Shown here piece by piece: positions 63,447-64,000 of a stretch of 64,000 nt of DNA (its first letter is position 1; each line of letters opens with the position of its first letter). A program made the translations under genes and the position numbers. The notes below the pieces were generated by a model that was given only the letters and a program-made list of their open reading frames with translations, was not told the DNA's origin and made no database searches. This DNA comes from Raja brachyura (taxonomy: Eukaryota), in assembly GCA_963514005.1 (NCBI GenBank), contig OY740810.1:14570001-14634000 (forward strand), written 5' to 3'.

Positions 63447-64000
63447 CTCTATAGGATCACTCCTTATTCTCCTGCACTCCAAGGAACAAAGTCCTAGTCT
63501 GCCCAGCCTCTCCCTATTGATCAGGAACTTGAGTCTGGGCAACATCCTCATAAATCTTATCTGAACTCTTTCCAGCTTTGTACATCCTTCCTTTTGTGCA
63601 ATGAGCGGAAATGCACTCAATATCCGGCTATGGCATTATCCTTTAAGTGAAAGCAAAAATGATCTTTTCAAACTGCAAGATTTCTTAATCAAAGATGTTC
63701 AGACAGTTTTCGTACTGACCATACCCTACCTATTCTGCCGCATGATGTGTGACATATCGAGGTCCATCCCAAGATAGAGATTCATAATTCATTTAGTTAA
63801 TTCAAACTTAACCAAACCCCTAATTTCTCCAACGTTCATAACAGAAAAAAAGCTACATGCCCGCGATTATTTTATTATTCATGTACAAATATTTTGAAAT
63901 ACTCTTAATGAATGACTTGGATTCAAACTTAATTTGTTATGTTGCTATTTCTAACAGATACTGAATCATGGTTATTTTTGTATTAGACCATTATAGGTGT

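Larger units (their letters stand above)
57985..63630 (-). mobile_element. Old CR1 3' fragment split into pieces (~57985-58061, 62957-63207, 63447-63630) by later insertions
   Basis: Pieces join across the TSDs; last piece translates KLERVQIRFMRMLPRL..RERLGRLGLCSLECRRIRSDPIE. Confidence 0.7.

Noticed and set aside
63940-64000. Acceptor-like ctaacag at 63957 as the next exon
   Set aside because: In phase 2 it reads K-Y-stop with no SEA C-terminal similarity

Overview
Vertebrate genomic DNA. The CR1, V-SINE-like and Penelope-like repeats suggest a cartilaginous fish, probably a skate or ray (inference). The window lies inside one large + strand spliced gene, a MUC16 (CA125)-like mucin built from tandem SEA domains. 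Neither the start nor the TM/cytoplasmic end is in the window. I traced 95 GT-AG exons (531..57747; 9873 nt, 3291 codons, one open frame) encoding 23 complete and 2 partial SEA domains. Each SEA module is a 4-exon cassette: A (phase 1-0), B (always 68 nt), C (170 nt, once 161) and microexon D (24-33 nt). Two blocks were amplified recently together with their introns: array 1 (~2.18-kb period, 1..~29,000, two subfamilies) and array 2 (3,369-bp period, ~37,100..54,300, carrying an intronic CR1). Introns hold dead exon remnants cut by CR1 fragments. The last intron holds a four-element transposon nest (CR1 > L1-like > CR1, plus a hAT MITE). Nearly all ORFs in the supplied track are exon read-throughs, antisense shadows or LINE fragments.
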